From positions 62,498,001 to 62,562,000 of the forward strand of contig CM059432.1 in assembly GCA_030390025.1 (NCBI GenBank): DNA of 64,000 nt, given 5' to 3'. Under the pieces are notes generated by a model. The model made no database searches. It saw only the letters and a list, made by a program, of their open reading frames with translations, and had not been told where the DNA came from. Below are positions 13,140 to 26,091 of the stretch, piece by piece (the first letter of the stretch is position 1; the number at the start of each line of letters is the position of its first letter). Both the position numbers and the translations under genes were made by a program. The stretch comes from Squalus acanthias (Eukaryota).

Positions 13140-14715
13140 ACATAGTATTTACAGCATAAAAAACGGCTATTCGGCCCAATAGGTCAATGCCGGTGTAGAT
13201 GCTCCACACGAGCCTCCTTCCACGCTTCTTCATCTAACCCCCTCAACATACCCTTCTATTTCTTTCTCCTTCGTGTTTGTCCAGCTTCCCCTTAAATCAT
13301 CTATGCTAGTCGCCTCAACTACTCCTTGTGCTAGGTAGCAAGTTCCACATTCTAACCACTCTCTGGGTAAAGAAGCTTCTCCTGAATTCCCTATTGGATT
13401 TATTAGTGACTTGTCTTATATTTATGACCTCTAGTTCTGGACTCCCCACACAAGTGGAAACATTTTCTCTAAATCTACCCTATCAAACCTTTTCATAATC
13501 TTAAAGACCTCCATCAGGTCACCCCTCAGTCTTCTCTTTTATAGAGAAAAGAGCCCCAGCCTGTTCAATCTTTCCTGATAGGTATAACCTCTCAGTTCTG
13601 GCATCATTCCAGTAAAAAAAAATTTACATCTTCTCCAGTGCCTCTATATCCTTGTTAGAATAGATCAGAACTGTTCACAGTATTCCAAGTGTGGTCTAAC
13701 CTAGGTTTGATACAAGTTTAACATAACTTCTCTGCTTTTCAATTCTATCCCTCTAGCAATGAACCCCAGTGCTTGATTTGCTTTTTTTTTAAATGGGCTT
13801 TTTAACATGCGTTGCTACTTTTCGTGATTTGTGTATCTGTACCCCAATATCCCTTTGCTCTTCAACCCTGTTTAGACTCTTAGGCCCCAATATTTATGGG
13901 GAGGTAGGGAGGGTATGTGTAAGGCCGAAAACAGCCGAAGAACCCAGCAAGGCCGGGGACGCGGAGGTCCTGCCAATTTTAATGGCAGGGCCTCAACATA
14001 TTGTAGCTCCTTCTCCTGCCCGGCAGCCAGCCAAATGGACAGCCTGGCCAGCGGGCAGGAGGAACACCTGCGGCTAAAGCCGCAGCCAAGGACCCTTACA
14101 AACAATCCCAAGCAATCGGTATGGGGGGGGGTGGGGGAGGGAGAAGGGTGCGGGGGAGTCTGGTGGGCTTCCTTGAAAGCCTGGGGGGAGCACTCCTGCT
14201 CCTCCTGGCCCACAAGGAGTGCTGAAACAACTTTGGGAGATGACAGCTCCTACCTCAGTTTCACCGCCGAGTTTCCTGACCCCTGGGAAATACATGCAGC
14301 AGTTGCAAAGTTCAAATTGGGCTCCCAATTGTACAGGGAGCCCAATTTAAATATGTTAATTATGCGTCCCTGCCTCGCCACGGCGGAACAGTCGGACGCC
14401 CCGGATTGGTGTCGCGTTCCGTGCATTTCATTTTTTAACCGCCGCACCCCCCCCACCGACCCTCTCCCACCCATCGTTGCGGGTGGGGTGGGGGGGGGCG
14501 GAGGAGGGGGGTGTTTATATTGAGGGGTCATTATCGAAGCAGTATATGCCCTCAATCTTCCGACTAAAATGCACACCTCACACTTTTCTATATTGAAATT
14601 AATTTGCCAAGTACACACCCATTCTGCAAGTTTATTAATGTCTTCATGTATTTTGTCGCAGTCTTCCTGAGTATTAACTATACCTCCCAATTTTGGTGGG
14701 GTCTGCAAATTTTGA
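13140..14715 (-). mobile_element. CR1 3' fragment interrupted by a MITE
   Basis: KLGGIVNT..LAEW..WQINFNIEKCEV; CR1 3' tail at 13140-13200. Confidence 0.8.
13883..14530. mobile_element. Harbinger-type non-autonomous element
   Basis: Starts GGCCCCAATATT after TTA, followed by TTA; interrupts CR1; internal similarity (inverted) to 16002-16794. Confidence 0.55.
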
Positions 14716-16001
14716 ACTTGATATTTCTTTAGATTTAATTGCAATATACTAATATCTCTCTCATCTGTAATTGTCTGGAGAAATAATTCTTAATACTGTA
14801 ACAAATCATTTTTTTATGTCATCTGTAAGAAACATGGGAGCTAAATGGCGAGATGGTGCTGTAGCAGCATTTCTAATCGCAATGTGTCACTCTAACTGCA
14901 ATTGATTTTAACTTACGGCCAATAAACCAGACTGTAGGACAAATCTCTGAACAAATAAATCGACGAAGAACCAGCAAAGAATGGAACAAGGAAAAAATAA
15001 AAATAAAATCAGCAACCAACAAGAGGAGAATAGGGATGCATAAAGAGCCGGATACAGGAATGTGGACACAGGAATTTTTAAACGGGACTGTAAATATATC
15101 GACAGAATGCATGACTTTAAAATGCAGACTGTGCACCCGGATCCAATTATTCCCGTCCTCTTAACCGGCTTCACCTGAAGACTACACTTGGTCTTGACTG
15201 CTTGTAATGCCACAGGAGATCGACTAAAAATATAAGAAAGCCTCCTCTTTTGACCCGCTATCCCATCTAACCCCTTCATCGCAGCTGGAACAACAGTTCA
15301 ACAGGCGAGCATGGCCGCTAAGTGGGATGGTCTGGGAAACAACAGGCTGCAAAGCCAAGGAAGTGGTGGACAACTGTAGATGGAGAATGGGGGTGGGTAG
15401 CAGCGATTGGGAGAACAGATGAGAGTCAACCTGTGACTGGCTGGCAGCAATGACAGTAATGAGAAGCGCAAAGGCTTCAAGTATGGTACTCGGACCACAG
15501 GAGGGAGGAGCCAAATTCTTCTAAGCATACAGGGGAAAAATCTTTTAAAAGCTGCAGGGGTTAAAAAAATCTAATAAATAAAAAAAAAAAAATCAACAAA
15601 TGGCAAATGAAAAAACCTCCAAGGAGAATTTGAGAATACCCAATATACATCCAAGAATATGCAGAGAAGATGTTTCCACTTGTGGGGAATCAAAAACTAG
15701 GGGCCATAAATAGAAAATAGTCACTGATGAATAGAATAAGGAATTCAGGTGAAACAACTTTATTCGGCGAGGGATGAGAATGTGGAACCTGTTACCAACG
15801 TGGAGTGGTTGATGCGATTAACAGAGATGCCTTTAAAGGGAAGCTAGATAAGCATGAGGAAGAAATGAACAGGATATATTGATGGCATCAGATGAAGTAA
15901 GGTGGGAGGAGACTCATGTGGAGCATAAACACTGGCATGGACCTGTTGGGCCAATTAGAATTTACAGCACAGAAACAGGCTATGTAAAGCTGGGAGAAAT
16001 A

Positions 16002-16794
16002 AGGGGGAATTTTAACCCCAAAAGTGGGTGGGGTTGGGTGGGAAATAAAAATATGCAAAATCTCAAACCCGCGCACTTCTGGTTTTAACACAGGCGGGAC
16101 GGGGGCTGGGTCGCTCATTTAAATATTTTAATGAGGCTGCGTGCCTCAGATTTTATTCTCTGTTCCTGCTTTAACAGTGGCCTGCCGAGTTTCCCAGGTC
16201 TCGGGAAACCCAGCAGCTATAGGGAGGCGAGGACTGCTGCATGGAACAGGCGAGTGCCTATACAGCACTGCTTGTGGGCAAGGAGGAGCAGGAGTGCTTC
16301 CCCCCCCCAGCCCCCCAAGCAAACCTGTTAATCTCGACAGCCTGCAATTTCCTCCCAAACTGTCCTCCACGGGCCCCCCCGCGATCTTCTCTCCTCCTCC
16401 TCCTCCTCCTCCTCCGATCTCTCCGGCACCTTCCACAATGTCCCCATCTCCCCCGATCTCTCCGGCACCTTCCACAATGTCCCCATCTCCCCCGATCTCT
16501 CCGGCACCTTCCACAATGTCCCCTCCTTCCCTGATCTCTCTGGCCCCTTCCACGATCTTTCCCGCTTCTCCCCCGATCTCTTCCGGCCCACCCCCCATCA
16601 ATGTCCCCCCCCCCAGCCCTCTCCCTCATTCCTCTCCACTCTCTGCTGCGGCCTGGTGCCGAAAGCCTTTCAATCTGGCTGGCTGCGACTGGGAAACGGT
16701 CCTGCTATTAAATTCAACATGACCCAATGAAACCCGTTCTTCCGGATATCCCAACCGCTAAACTGCCCCCCTCCTCATTGTTAATATCGGGGCC
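16002..16794. mobile_element. Harbinger-type non-autonomous element with internal 39-bp tandem repeat
   Basis: ATA on both sides; ends AGGGGGAATTTTAAC / GTTAATATCGGGGCC; repeats at 16414-16590. Confidence 0.6.
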
Positions 16795-17202
16795 ATAGTT
16801 CCCAAATTTGGCTCACAGCCACCCAGTGGCCAAATTGTGTGATTACAGTGGGGCCCATTAAAATGGCAGGCATCGGATTTATAATAGCAAAATGTGATGT
16901 CCAAAAGTTTAACAAAAACCTGACAACAGGAAGTCAAATGGTGCAGACAAAAAGTGTATGCAGAGAGATATATAGATATATTACAGAAATAGACACACAG
17001 ATACTGATCAAAATGAAATATTGGAAGCCAAGGCTGAAATAAGAGCTATCAACAGGTTCTTATAGATACAGAGCACTTTATTTTAAACATTCAAAAGCCG
17101 AACTCCAAAATATAAACTGCTAAAGCTGAGATTAAGGGTGCTAAAACATTGATCTGGAAAGTACCAAGTCAAAACAAGACTTAACTTGGGAAATATACTA
17201 AC

Positions 17203-17322
17203 CTGCAATGCAGGAATAAATGTCTTGATATCAAGTTCAATTATGTCATGAGGTAGAGAGAGCACAAAAGTCACACAGGAAGCCAGTAGCTCATCCTTGT
17301 ACTGTTTCATTCTGATCGCCAC
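17203..17322 (-). CDS. PRKDC: DNA-PKcs exon 20 (120 nt)
   Basis: [40 protein letters not shown]. Confidence 0.97.
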
Positions 17323-17463
17323 CTATAATAAATAACATGACAGTGTGAGTTCTAGGTCATTACGCAATAACTCCTTATTGGCATTTTATCAAGTTAAAAA
17401 TATACACATTAACAATTAGGAAAGGTTCATTTTAATATAACATTTCTTTCTAAAACACATTTT

Positions 17464-18594
17464 GACCCAGAAATTTGACTCGGAGGCTTGCCGCGGGGTT
17501 AAGGATCGCGCGCGATATCACACTCCGCGCCGGCCGTTGTGTTTTGGGCCCACAGGAACTTCGGGTCCTGGGCCTCTCCCTAGTGCCGGCGCGCAGTGTG
17601 TGCGTGTCCCAGGGGCGCAGTTAGTGCGATGCGACCTCTGGGATCACGTGGGCCATGGAGAGCCAATGGCAGCAGACTATCTTTCATTCATAGATTTGAC
17701 AGGAGACATGTCAAATCTGTGAATTGAAAGAGACCCCAAAAGAACAGCTAAACCGCAAATAAAAATTTTTTTTAAACCATTACATTAATAAAATAACTAT
17801 AGTTAAATAAATTAACCACTTTAAATAAAAATTTAAATTTTTTTAAAAATTAAAAAAAAAATTAAAAGTTATAAAAATAAACTTACAGGAAACTCTTTAT
17901 TAACCGGCACCGACGGGACCGGCGTGGTGCTGGTTAATCAAAAAGTCCGGATAACGGAGAGTTATATCTCCCAACGTACGAGAGCCCCGTACACATTGAC
18001 ATGCGCCTGCATTCGGAGCTCCGTCTCCCCAGGGACCGCCAGCTGACCATCTGTCGTGTCCGCTGCCTACCCGGGCTGCACATTCCCCTCCCAATCTACA
18101 CGCTCCGATACAAGGCAAACGCCTCGGGGTTTTTTTTAAAGTTAATTTTAAACGAGAGATGAAGGAAAACCCCGGTTACCTACTCAAGAATTTTGCCGGT
18201 TAAGAGAGATTTCCAGATATTTGGGTGCCGGTTAATAAAGAGTTTCCTGTACCTTTCTTTAAAGTCTCTAAAAAAGATAAACCTGTTGAAAAAAATTAAA
18301 AATTATACTTAATTAACTACTTACCTTGTTCAAAAGGGGTCTTACGCCTCCTTTTTATATGTGTAGAAGATTCAATACTTACCCTCGCGTTGAAACCTGA
18401 AAAAAAACCTAAGTGTGCTGCGTGCGCACAGCCTGTAGTGCGCACGCGGTTCACCTAGGAACCGCCCCCTTCGCCATAGCGGAAGTGCCGGTTTCCCGCG
18501 CATGCGCAGTGCATGCAGGAAACCGGCACTTCGGGATCTAATACGGGTGAGTACACAGTGCGTACTCTCCCGTATTAGGCCGAATTTTTGGGCC
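17464..18594. mobile_element. Harbinger-type non-autonomous element hosting a pogo-like MITE
   Basis: Ends GACCCAGAAATTTG / CGAATTTTTGGGCC; GC-rich flanks, AT-rich core. Confidence 0.6.
17886..18249. mobile_element. Tc1/mariner (pogo/Tigger-like) MITE, 364 bp, copy 1
   Basis: 26-bp TIR CAGGAAACTCTTTATTAACCGGCACC, TA TSD. Confidence 0.9.
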
Positions 18595-19275
18595 ATTATG
18601 AAGGTAACCTGATCTGAAGAATACCATCAATTAACAAGCATTTCACTTCTTTTTACTTAGTTAAAATCCCAGACGGTGCTTGAATTTTAACCAACCTACC
18701 AACACTGAAAGAAACATCTCTTCTAAGGTCACTCCGAACATTTGGTGAAATTGAGCTGAGCCACACTCAAGTAATTAAAGGTTTTCCCTTTTTTCTTATA
18801 TTAAAATTAAAAGTGTAATTCCTGCTGCTTTATATGGAAGACAGGAAATGTAGCTCATTGAACAAGAATATGTGGAATTTTCTCATTTTATAAGGAGCTC
18901 ATCCCTGACAAATTCATCTTGCCACCATATTGATGGATGACTTAATTTTCCCAAAGACTAATAACCTTTGAAAAATATAATTTTGGTTCCTGACCCCCCC
19001 CCCCCCAGTTATTCTACTTTAAGAATGTATAGCATGGAAATAAAATGGCATTTGGGTCCATCAAGCTACTGCTTCTAACAGACAACGTGCAATCTGCACC
19101 AAATATCTTGAAATTTCTTGGAGGAAAATTTCTGCTTCTACTTACAACTATGTTGTGTGGGGTCAAATGACCTAGACACTACCCAAGTTAACAACTGCAG
19201 CAGGAAAAGAGCTGATCTTAAGAGCTACTGATAACATACCGCTCAATTTTTCAACTCAACTTTTTTCCAGCTGTA

Positions 19276-19700
19276 TTTTTTTTTAATTCATTCACAGGAT
19301 GTGGGCGTCGCCGGCAATGCCTACATTTATTGCCCATCCCTAATTGCCCTCGAGAAGACGCCTTCTTGAATACAACCGAGAGGCTTGCTAAGGCATTTCA
19401 GAGGGCAGTTAATAGTCAACCACATTGCTGTGGGTCTGGAGTCACATATAGGCCAGACCAGGTAAGGACGGCAGATTTCCTTCCCTAAAAGGACATTAGT
19501 GAACCAATTGGGTTTTTACGACAATCCGATAGTTTCATAGTTGCCATTGCTGACACTAGGTTTTTATTCCAAATTTATTTAATTATTTTGAATTTAAATT
19601 CCGCTGCTGCCGTGGTGGGATTTGAACTTATGTCTCCAGATCATTAGTCCAGGCCTCTGGATTACTGGTCCAGATTATAACCACTAGGCTACTGTACCCC
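19276..19700 (-). mobile_element. tRNA-headed SINE-like element made of the 5' and 3' ends of the EN+RT LINE family
   Basis: A box TAGCCTAGTGG (19681-19691), B box GTTCAAATCCC (19617-19627); 19371-19700 matches 51945-52272; 19285-19370 matches the LINE 3' end. Confidence 0.85.
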
Positions 19701-19908
19701 TAAAGGACGTGTATTTATGCAAATACAGTCTCTATCTACTCTTAATTTAAAGGTGCTTAATTCAAATTATCTGATCATTCAACATTTTTAAGGACTAAAT
19801 TACTACTTTGCTACTACTTATTTGTTACTTAATGTTGATTTTCTTCAGTGGAAAAAAAACAATTTCTGCAGTTCAAAAATGTTCAAGAGCATTTGAGATA
19901 GTACTTAC

Positions 19909-19995
19909 CTCCTTTCCAAACTTCCCAAATAATGCAAAGCAGGCAAACTTTTCCGGGTTCGTGGGACACTGTTTTCGAGTCTTTGTGCCAACACC
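19909..19995 (-). CDS. PRKDC: DNA-PKcs exon 19 (87 nt)
   Basis: GVGTKTRKQCPTNPEKFACFALFGKFGKE. Confidence 0.95.
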
Positions 19996-20114
19996 CTGGC
20001 AAAACATAGTTTTCCCATTATAATTAGAAATCCAAGCAAAAATAAAAACACAAGAGCAGCATGCACATCAGTCACCTGCTTTCTTCTGCATAGTAGACTC
20101 ATGACTACGGTCAG

Positions 20115-21780
20115 AACATGTGAAGTCAGAGGACACGTAGCAAAATGGATAGCAAGCTGGCTACAAAACAGAAAACAGAGACTAGCTACTCAGACAGGCA
20201 AAAGGTGAGAAGTGGTGTTCCACAGGGATCGGTGCTGGGACCACTGTTGTTCACAATTTACATTAGCGATTTGGACTCGGGAGTTGGAAGTACAATTTCA
20301 AAATTTGATGACAACACCAAATTGGGAAGTGTAGTTAATACAAAGAAAAAAATGTGACAAAATACATTAATAAGCTTGGAGAATGGGTGTTGTAATTGAC
20401 AAATGAATTTCAATATAGATAAGTGTGATGTGGTGCGTTTTGGTAGGAAGAATAAGGAGACCACATACTGCTTGGATAATAAGAGTCTGAATGGGGGAGA
20501 GGAGCAAAGGGATCTAGGGGTACAGATATATTGGCCCAGAATTTGCGGTCGGAATGACGCCGAACTGGCAGCGTTCGCCATCATTCCGCCTTTGAAACTA
20601 ACTACAACTTCGGGATTTGGCGTATGCACATGCAGAAATCCCAAAGTTGCAGTCTGTCATTCACTGCTCCATAACAATCTGCGCTGTGTTCCTCCCCCCC
20701 ACTCCCCCACCAACAGAGCCGGCAATCAGTGTGATCAGCCAAATCATCGAAACTGACAAAAACTTCGGCTCTTCTGCAGTAATTACACTGTTAAATTCCC
20801 CACTAAAAGTTAGACCCAAAGGGATTAGGTGTAACTGGGGGTTTGACAGCGTTATTACTGCTAAACAAATGTTAAGGGCCTGGAAAACTAATTTTAATTT
20901 TGTGCAGTGTGAAATTTGTCCATTTTAATAAAAATTAAAATTTTTAAGAAACTTTTCGAAGTTTGTCCATCTTTATTTCAGGTTTGCCTTTTCCCCATGT
21001 GAGCGCTCCCATCTTTGTTTTGCTCTCTAACATTTTTAAAAAGTTAGAATTTTAAGAGCTTACTCACTTCCTTTTTCGTTGTCTGTGAGAATTCTGCCTT
21101 TTGATTGCCTGCTTAGACAGCCTGTTGATGTCACAGCAGTTCGCACAAGGGAATCCCCATGAACTTCTGTTGCTTTGAATTGAAGATCGGAAAACCCGAA
21201 GTTCTCGACACAGGGATCGCGAGATCCTTGTGCGAAGCGTACTTCGGGGCCAGGAGCAAACACCTTTGCTTCACTGCTGACCGCAAATTCAGGGCCAATA
21301 ATCACTAAAAATAGCGACGCAGGTTAATAAGGCCATAAAAAGAGCAAACCAAGCACTTGGGTTAATTTCTAGAGGGATAGAATTGAAAAACAGAGAAGTT
21401 ATGTTAAACTTGTATCGAACTTTGGTTAGACCACACTGAGTACTGCGCACAGTTCTGGTCTCCATATTATAAAATGGTGTATAGAGGTATTAGTGAAGGG
21501 TGCAAAAAAGATTTACAAGGATACCACCAGAACTGAGATGATATACTTATCAGGAAAGGTTGAATAGGCTAGGACTCTTTTCTCTAGAAAAGAGAAGGCT
21601 GAGGGGTAACCTGATAAAGGTCTTTAAGATTATGAAAAGGTTTGATAGGTTACATTTAGAGAAAATGTTTCCACTTGTGGGGGAGTCCAGAACTAGAGGT
21701 CATAAATATAAGACAAGTCACTAATAAATCCAATAGGGAATTCAGGAGAAACATCTTTACCCAAAGAGTGGTACAAAGAG
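20115..21780 (+). mobile_element. CR1 RT/3' fragment interrupted by a MITE
   Basis: SGVPQGSVLGPLLFTIYISDL, NFNIDKC. Confidence 0.85.
20533..21296. mobile_element. Harbinger-type non-autonomous element
   Basis: TIR GGCCCAGAATTTGCGGTC / GACCGCAAATTCAGGGCC; 3-bp target ATT/AAT. Confidence 0.75.
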
Positions 21781-22175
21781 TGCTGTACTTGATGTTACAG
21801 ATTTTACAAAAGTTAAAAGAATTTAAACATTCACAAAAATAGGTTAATTAAAATGTTACCTTGGCAGTGTTGGAGCTAAAGACTAGAGCAACAGCGAGAC
21901 CCATGTTTGCTTGCAGCAACTTCCTCAGTTTACTCATGCCCTCAGAGGGTCTGAGCAAAGATTAGGCTTTTCTCCCAAGACGAGAAGAAAACTGATGGGT
22001 CAGTCGCCCTAAATCGTTCTAACACATGATCCAGCAATAGGTTCCAATGCAACCTTGGCGGAGGTTTCTGAGCAAGTCACACATCTTCCCTCTCAGACAA
22101 GGAATAGTATTTTATGCAAAATGACAAAAATAAATGGAGGAGGAAGAAAATTAAAAGTGTATATAATTTCATTAC

Positions 22176-22335
22176 CTCAAAATATTTAATTTTTTTGGCG
22201 ATTTTCATCGTGACCGACAGAAGTTTGTAGAATCCACTGACGAGGGGAAATTGTGTTGATCGTAGAATGAGCTCATGTCCAAATCTATACACCCACTGTT
22301 CAAAGAAGTCTGTGTGCTTTTCTAACAACAATTCC
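22176..22335 (-). CDS. PRKDC: DNA-PKcs exon 18 (160 nt)
   Basis: [16 protein letters not shown]...SGFYKLLS...KKIKYFE. Confidence 0.97.
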
Positions 22336-22791
22336 CTAATTTAAAAGTTCAGACAATTTTTTTTGTTGAAGAAAAACTGAAAGAAGAAACTTCAAGTATT
22401 GCAAAAAAATAATGAATGCAAATAAAATTCTCCAGAGGTTTGACTCACAGACACAATTGTGCACCTGTGCTTTGAAGTCACCACTCTGGGATAAATTAAT
22501 TTAAATATTGAGTATGTTTCAAAGTCAGAAGGTAGATATGCATCGCTCATAATGGGTTTTGGATCCTGTACATTGCGCCACCCTTTATGATCAATCAATG
22601 TTAGAGTGATATGAAATTTGACCATGAAATACATACCGTCATGCAATCAACTTGGCCCAATTAAACTTTACTGCTCACAGATCCATTTCAAATTATGGTG
22701 CAGAGACAGGCATAGAGCAGTTTCAATAGTCAGTTCAGATGGTTGACTTCTCATGTCATATTTAAGCTTAGTTCTATAGTTAAGGTTCTTT

Positions 22792-23666
22792 GGGGGAAAA
22801 ATTCAGTTGGTTGCGCCTCCCGTTAGCGCCTTAAGAGGGCGCTAATGGGGCGCAAAGCAACTCGCGCCCGGGCGCGGCGATGTTTGCGCCGCTCGAGAAA
22901 TTAACTAGACATTTTGCGGCGACACTAAACACTACCGCCACGATCTGTGCCGGCAGATCGTGACGTCATTCGAGTGCACAACGCCCCGGAGTGGCTATTG
23001 AGTAGCGCCCCCTGCCTTACCGCCTGCAGCTAGCAACGACAGGTTGAGGGGAGCGTTTTGCAGTCAGGAAGGGACTGGGGGAGCGCTATTTAAAGGCGAC
23101 CGCTTCCTGCCTTTTTTTGTTTGTGACGTTTTTGAACCACGCATTCTGAGAGAGAGAGGGACTTCTGGAGAGATTCAACGCTGTGTGAAGGAGTTTTGGG
23201 TACTGAGCAGCACTTTGCAGGTTCATTTTGATTTGCCCTTCCTTGTATCGATTTAGAAGAGACTGTGGGGGTTGCACTCTGAGCTCTTTCCCTGGTTGTC
23301 TCTATTGTTCTTTCCAGCAGATTTGATGTACAGGTCTCTCCAGGCCAAGATTCAAGGCTGCAATGAGCAGGATGTGGATGGAAAGCAAGATCAACCCTCC
23401 CCTTTAAGAACTAGCCAGCACCATTGTGTCTGTGTTCCATTGCTGACTGACATCACACGAGCTTCGCCAGCGCTCTGAGTTAGCGCCTCGCTCCTCGGTC
23501 TTTGCGCCTTAAGACAGATGTGTAGCGCCTGATTTAGCGCTCCACTCAGCTCCAGGGGCGATAAAAGTCAAGTTTGCAGTCGGAGGCGATAATTAGCGCC
23601 AGGCACTAATCTTTGCGCCCGGCCGATAATTGCACCCCAAACGGGGCGATACTGAATTTTTCCCCC
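22792..23666. mobile_element. Harbinger-type non-autonomous element (875 bp)
   Basis: Perfect 16-bp TIR GGGGGAAAAATTCAGT; TTT TSD; many subterminal (A)GCGCC motifs. Confidence 0.8.
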
Positions 23667-24030
23667 TTTGTTCTTCTCACTTTGAACAATGTGGACCTAG
23701 TATACTTCACCCAGGGACATGAAGGAATATATTTGTGCTTGTAGTAGCTTGCTTACCAGACCAGACAGATGGCTAAGATTGATCATAAAGATCGGCACAA
23801 TGTACAGTATCCAAAAGCCACCGCTAGCAATGTATATCTATCACTTGATTTTGAAACATATTCAATATTTAAAGAGAAATGACTTCAAAGCACAGATGCA
23901 ATTGTAATGAAGTCCACAGCTACAGAGAAAGATATTGTAGGTCACAGTAACTTATCGGATAGAATTTTTATTTAAAAATAATTAAACTGACTTCTTTTGT
24001 ACTGTTTCATTAAGCAGTTTTCACACTCAC

Positions 24031-24146
24031 CCACAGAATTCTACTAAATTGATGAAGGCAGTAAAATCTTTTGGTTTAGTTGGCTGCAGTTTTGCTGCTG
24101 GATCAGACGTAGGAATTACAATACTACTGTTGATGTCACCTGAACC
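24031..24146 (-). CDS. PRKDC: DNA-PKcs exon 17 (116 nt)
   Basis: [38 protein letters not shown]. Confidence 0.96.
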
Positions 24147-24864
24147 CTGCAAAGCAAATAGGAACTTCACTTCATGACAGATCTTTCAATAAATTCTTTC
24201 AAACTTCTGAACTAGTTTCTGCAGTTAAACCATCTCATGATTTTTAACTAGACAATTATTAATCAAATTAAAATACATTTTTATGCATCATTTATGGGAT
24301 TACATTTTTAAGAGTTTGTATATGTATATCCTATATATAACTGCTAAACTGATGGCACTTCACATTTTAGAAAGTGGTGTGAAACCACCTTGAGAAGCTA
24401 GTCTCGCACTGCTTTTGCTTCTCAGCGGCTGCACTATATTTGTAACCAGCACAAAGAGAGGTTTTAAAGGTTCTATTTTAAGCTTTTCAATGTTAGCAGA
24501 CAGGTGCTCCATTTCCTCTTTGCAGGAATTAAAATTTAACTGGCACTTAGACACCAGTAAGTGTCAAGTTGAACAGATATATGGAGCTGCTGATGGAACT
24601 TGGGTCTACAAGCTCTGCATCACTGCAAGCAGGCACTGGACTCAAACAGCCATCTATACTGTAACTCTGCCCTTCTTTAAACCACACAGTGATAATGCAA
24701 ATTAACACTAATCTCCAACGCTCTTCTGTGGACGATGAGATCAAAGAAATGTAGTTTTAGCTACTTTGCAAAAAACAGTTCAAAGAGTCTGAGAATATAC
24801 CAGATTACATTCCACTGATCAAATATCAGGACACAGAAATCACATAGAAAAAGCAGAAAAATAC

Positions 24865-25017
24865 CCCTTCTTCATTCTGGTTTTGCTTGTCCACTGTCAG
24901 ATCCAACTTCTCAATAATCTTGAGCACTGATTTAATAAACTCATCATACAGCAGCCGATTTAAAGATTTCAGAGGTGACTCAACCATCTGGAATGTCTCA
25001 GCAACCAATCCAAACTC
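24865..25017 (-). CDS. PRKDC: DNA-PKcs exon 16 (153 nt)
   Basis: EFGLVAETF...SLNRLLYDEFIKSVLKIIEKLDLT..EEG. Confidence 0.95.
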
Positions 25018-25742
25018 CTTAAAAAATAAAATATGCAAAACTTCATATATTTTTCCCCAGAACAGCAGATCCTGGTTCTTTGAGCATGCTGTGCATTATG
25101 CTTCACAATTTCAACCATGACTATTTGGCAGATTGCAGTTATATTTCTCACAGTTTTACGATCATTTTACTTTTAACCGTAATTGTAATAAAAAATCCTG
25201 CGGCTTTGTGGTGATTCTTTTTATTTCTGTCTAACTGAACAGCCAAAACTATTGTCCAGGATATCACCAAGATTAAACAGAGTAGGAGAGAAGACAAGAT
25301 CAATCAAGATGTAGTGATTAGATGATTCGTAAGTTTGCATTTTAGAAGCCAGTGAACTATAATGAGAAGCATGAGGTATTCTGGGAACGAGCGAGCAGGA
25401 CAAGGTAAAGAAGCATTCAGTATTTGAAGCTTGGGAGAAATGAGAGTGAAGCAATGACAACAGTCGCACTGTTAAAATAAAAGCAAGAAAGACGGGAGCT
25501 AAAAGGGGAAGGTTTAAGGATAGAGATAACAGATGGATCACCTATACGGCAACAAACTTCTGCTTGTCCAGCAGTGAGCGAGCTCCTAGAACAGCTTCTC
25601 CATAGTAGCAATATTCAAGCCTTGAACAGATTGCGGGGTTTGGGGGGGGGGGGGGGGGGGGGGGGGAGTATTTTGCACAAAAGAAACCAAGTTCCTTGGA
25701 GGCAGCTTTAGCAATGGAGGGGGTGTGGGAGGCACAAGTTTC

Positions 25743-26091
25743 ACAGAATCCCCACAGTGCAGATAGAGGCCATTTTGGCCCATCGAGCCTGCACCGACAC
25801 ATATCCCACCCTATCCCTGTAACCCCACGTATTTAATTCCCCCTAACATATCCCACCCTATCCCCGTAACCCCACGTATTTAATCCCCCCTAACACTAAG
25901 GGTCAATTTATCATAGCCAAATCAACTTAACCCGCACATCTTTGGACTGTGGGAGGAAACCGGAGCACCCGGAGGAAACCCACGCAGACACGGGGAGAAT
26001 GTGCAAACTCCACACAGACAGTCACCCGAGGCCGGATTCGAACCCGGGTCCCTGGCGCTGTGAGGCAACAGTGCTAACCACTATGCCACCG
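25743..26091 (-). mobile_element. tRNA-derived V-SINE (HE1-like)
   Basis: Head GGTGGCATAGTGGTTAGCAC..GGTTCGAATCC; V-domain GTGGGTTTCCTCCGGGTGCTCCGGTTTCCTCCCAC; CR1-type tail; 47-bp internal duplication 25799-25892. Confidence 0.85.

Noticed and set aside
16141..16722. Pro-rich and Gly-rich overlapping ORFs
   Set aside because: By-product of the 39-bp repeat within a MITE
17900..18118. 72-aa ORF duplicated at 39251-39469
   Set aside because: Interior of a non-coding MITE with a TTG start; duplication reflects transposition
25642..25667. Long G/C homopolymers (also 58521-58540, 62006-62023)
   Set aside because: Low complexity; length unreliable and no supporting structure
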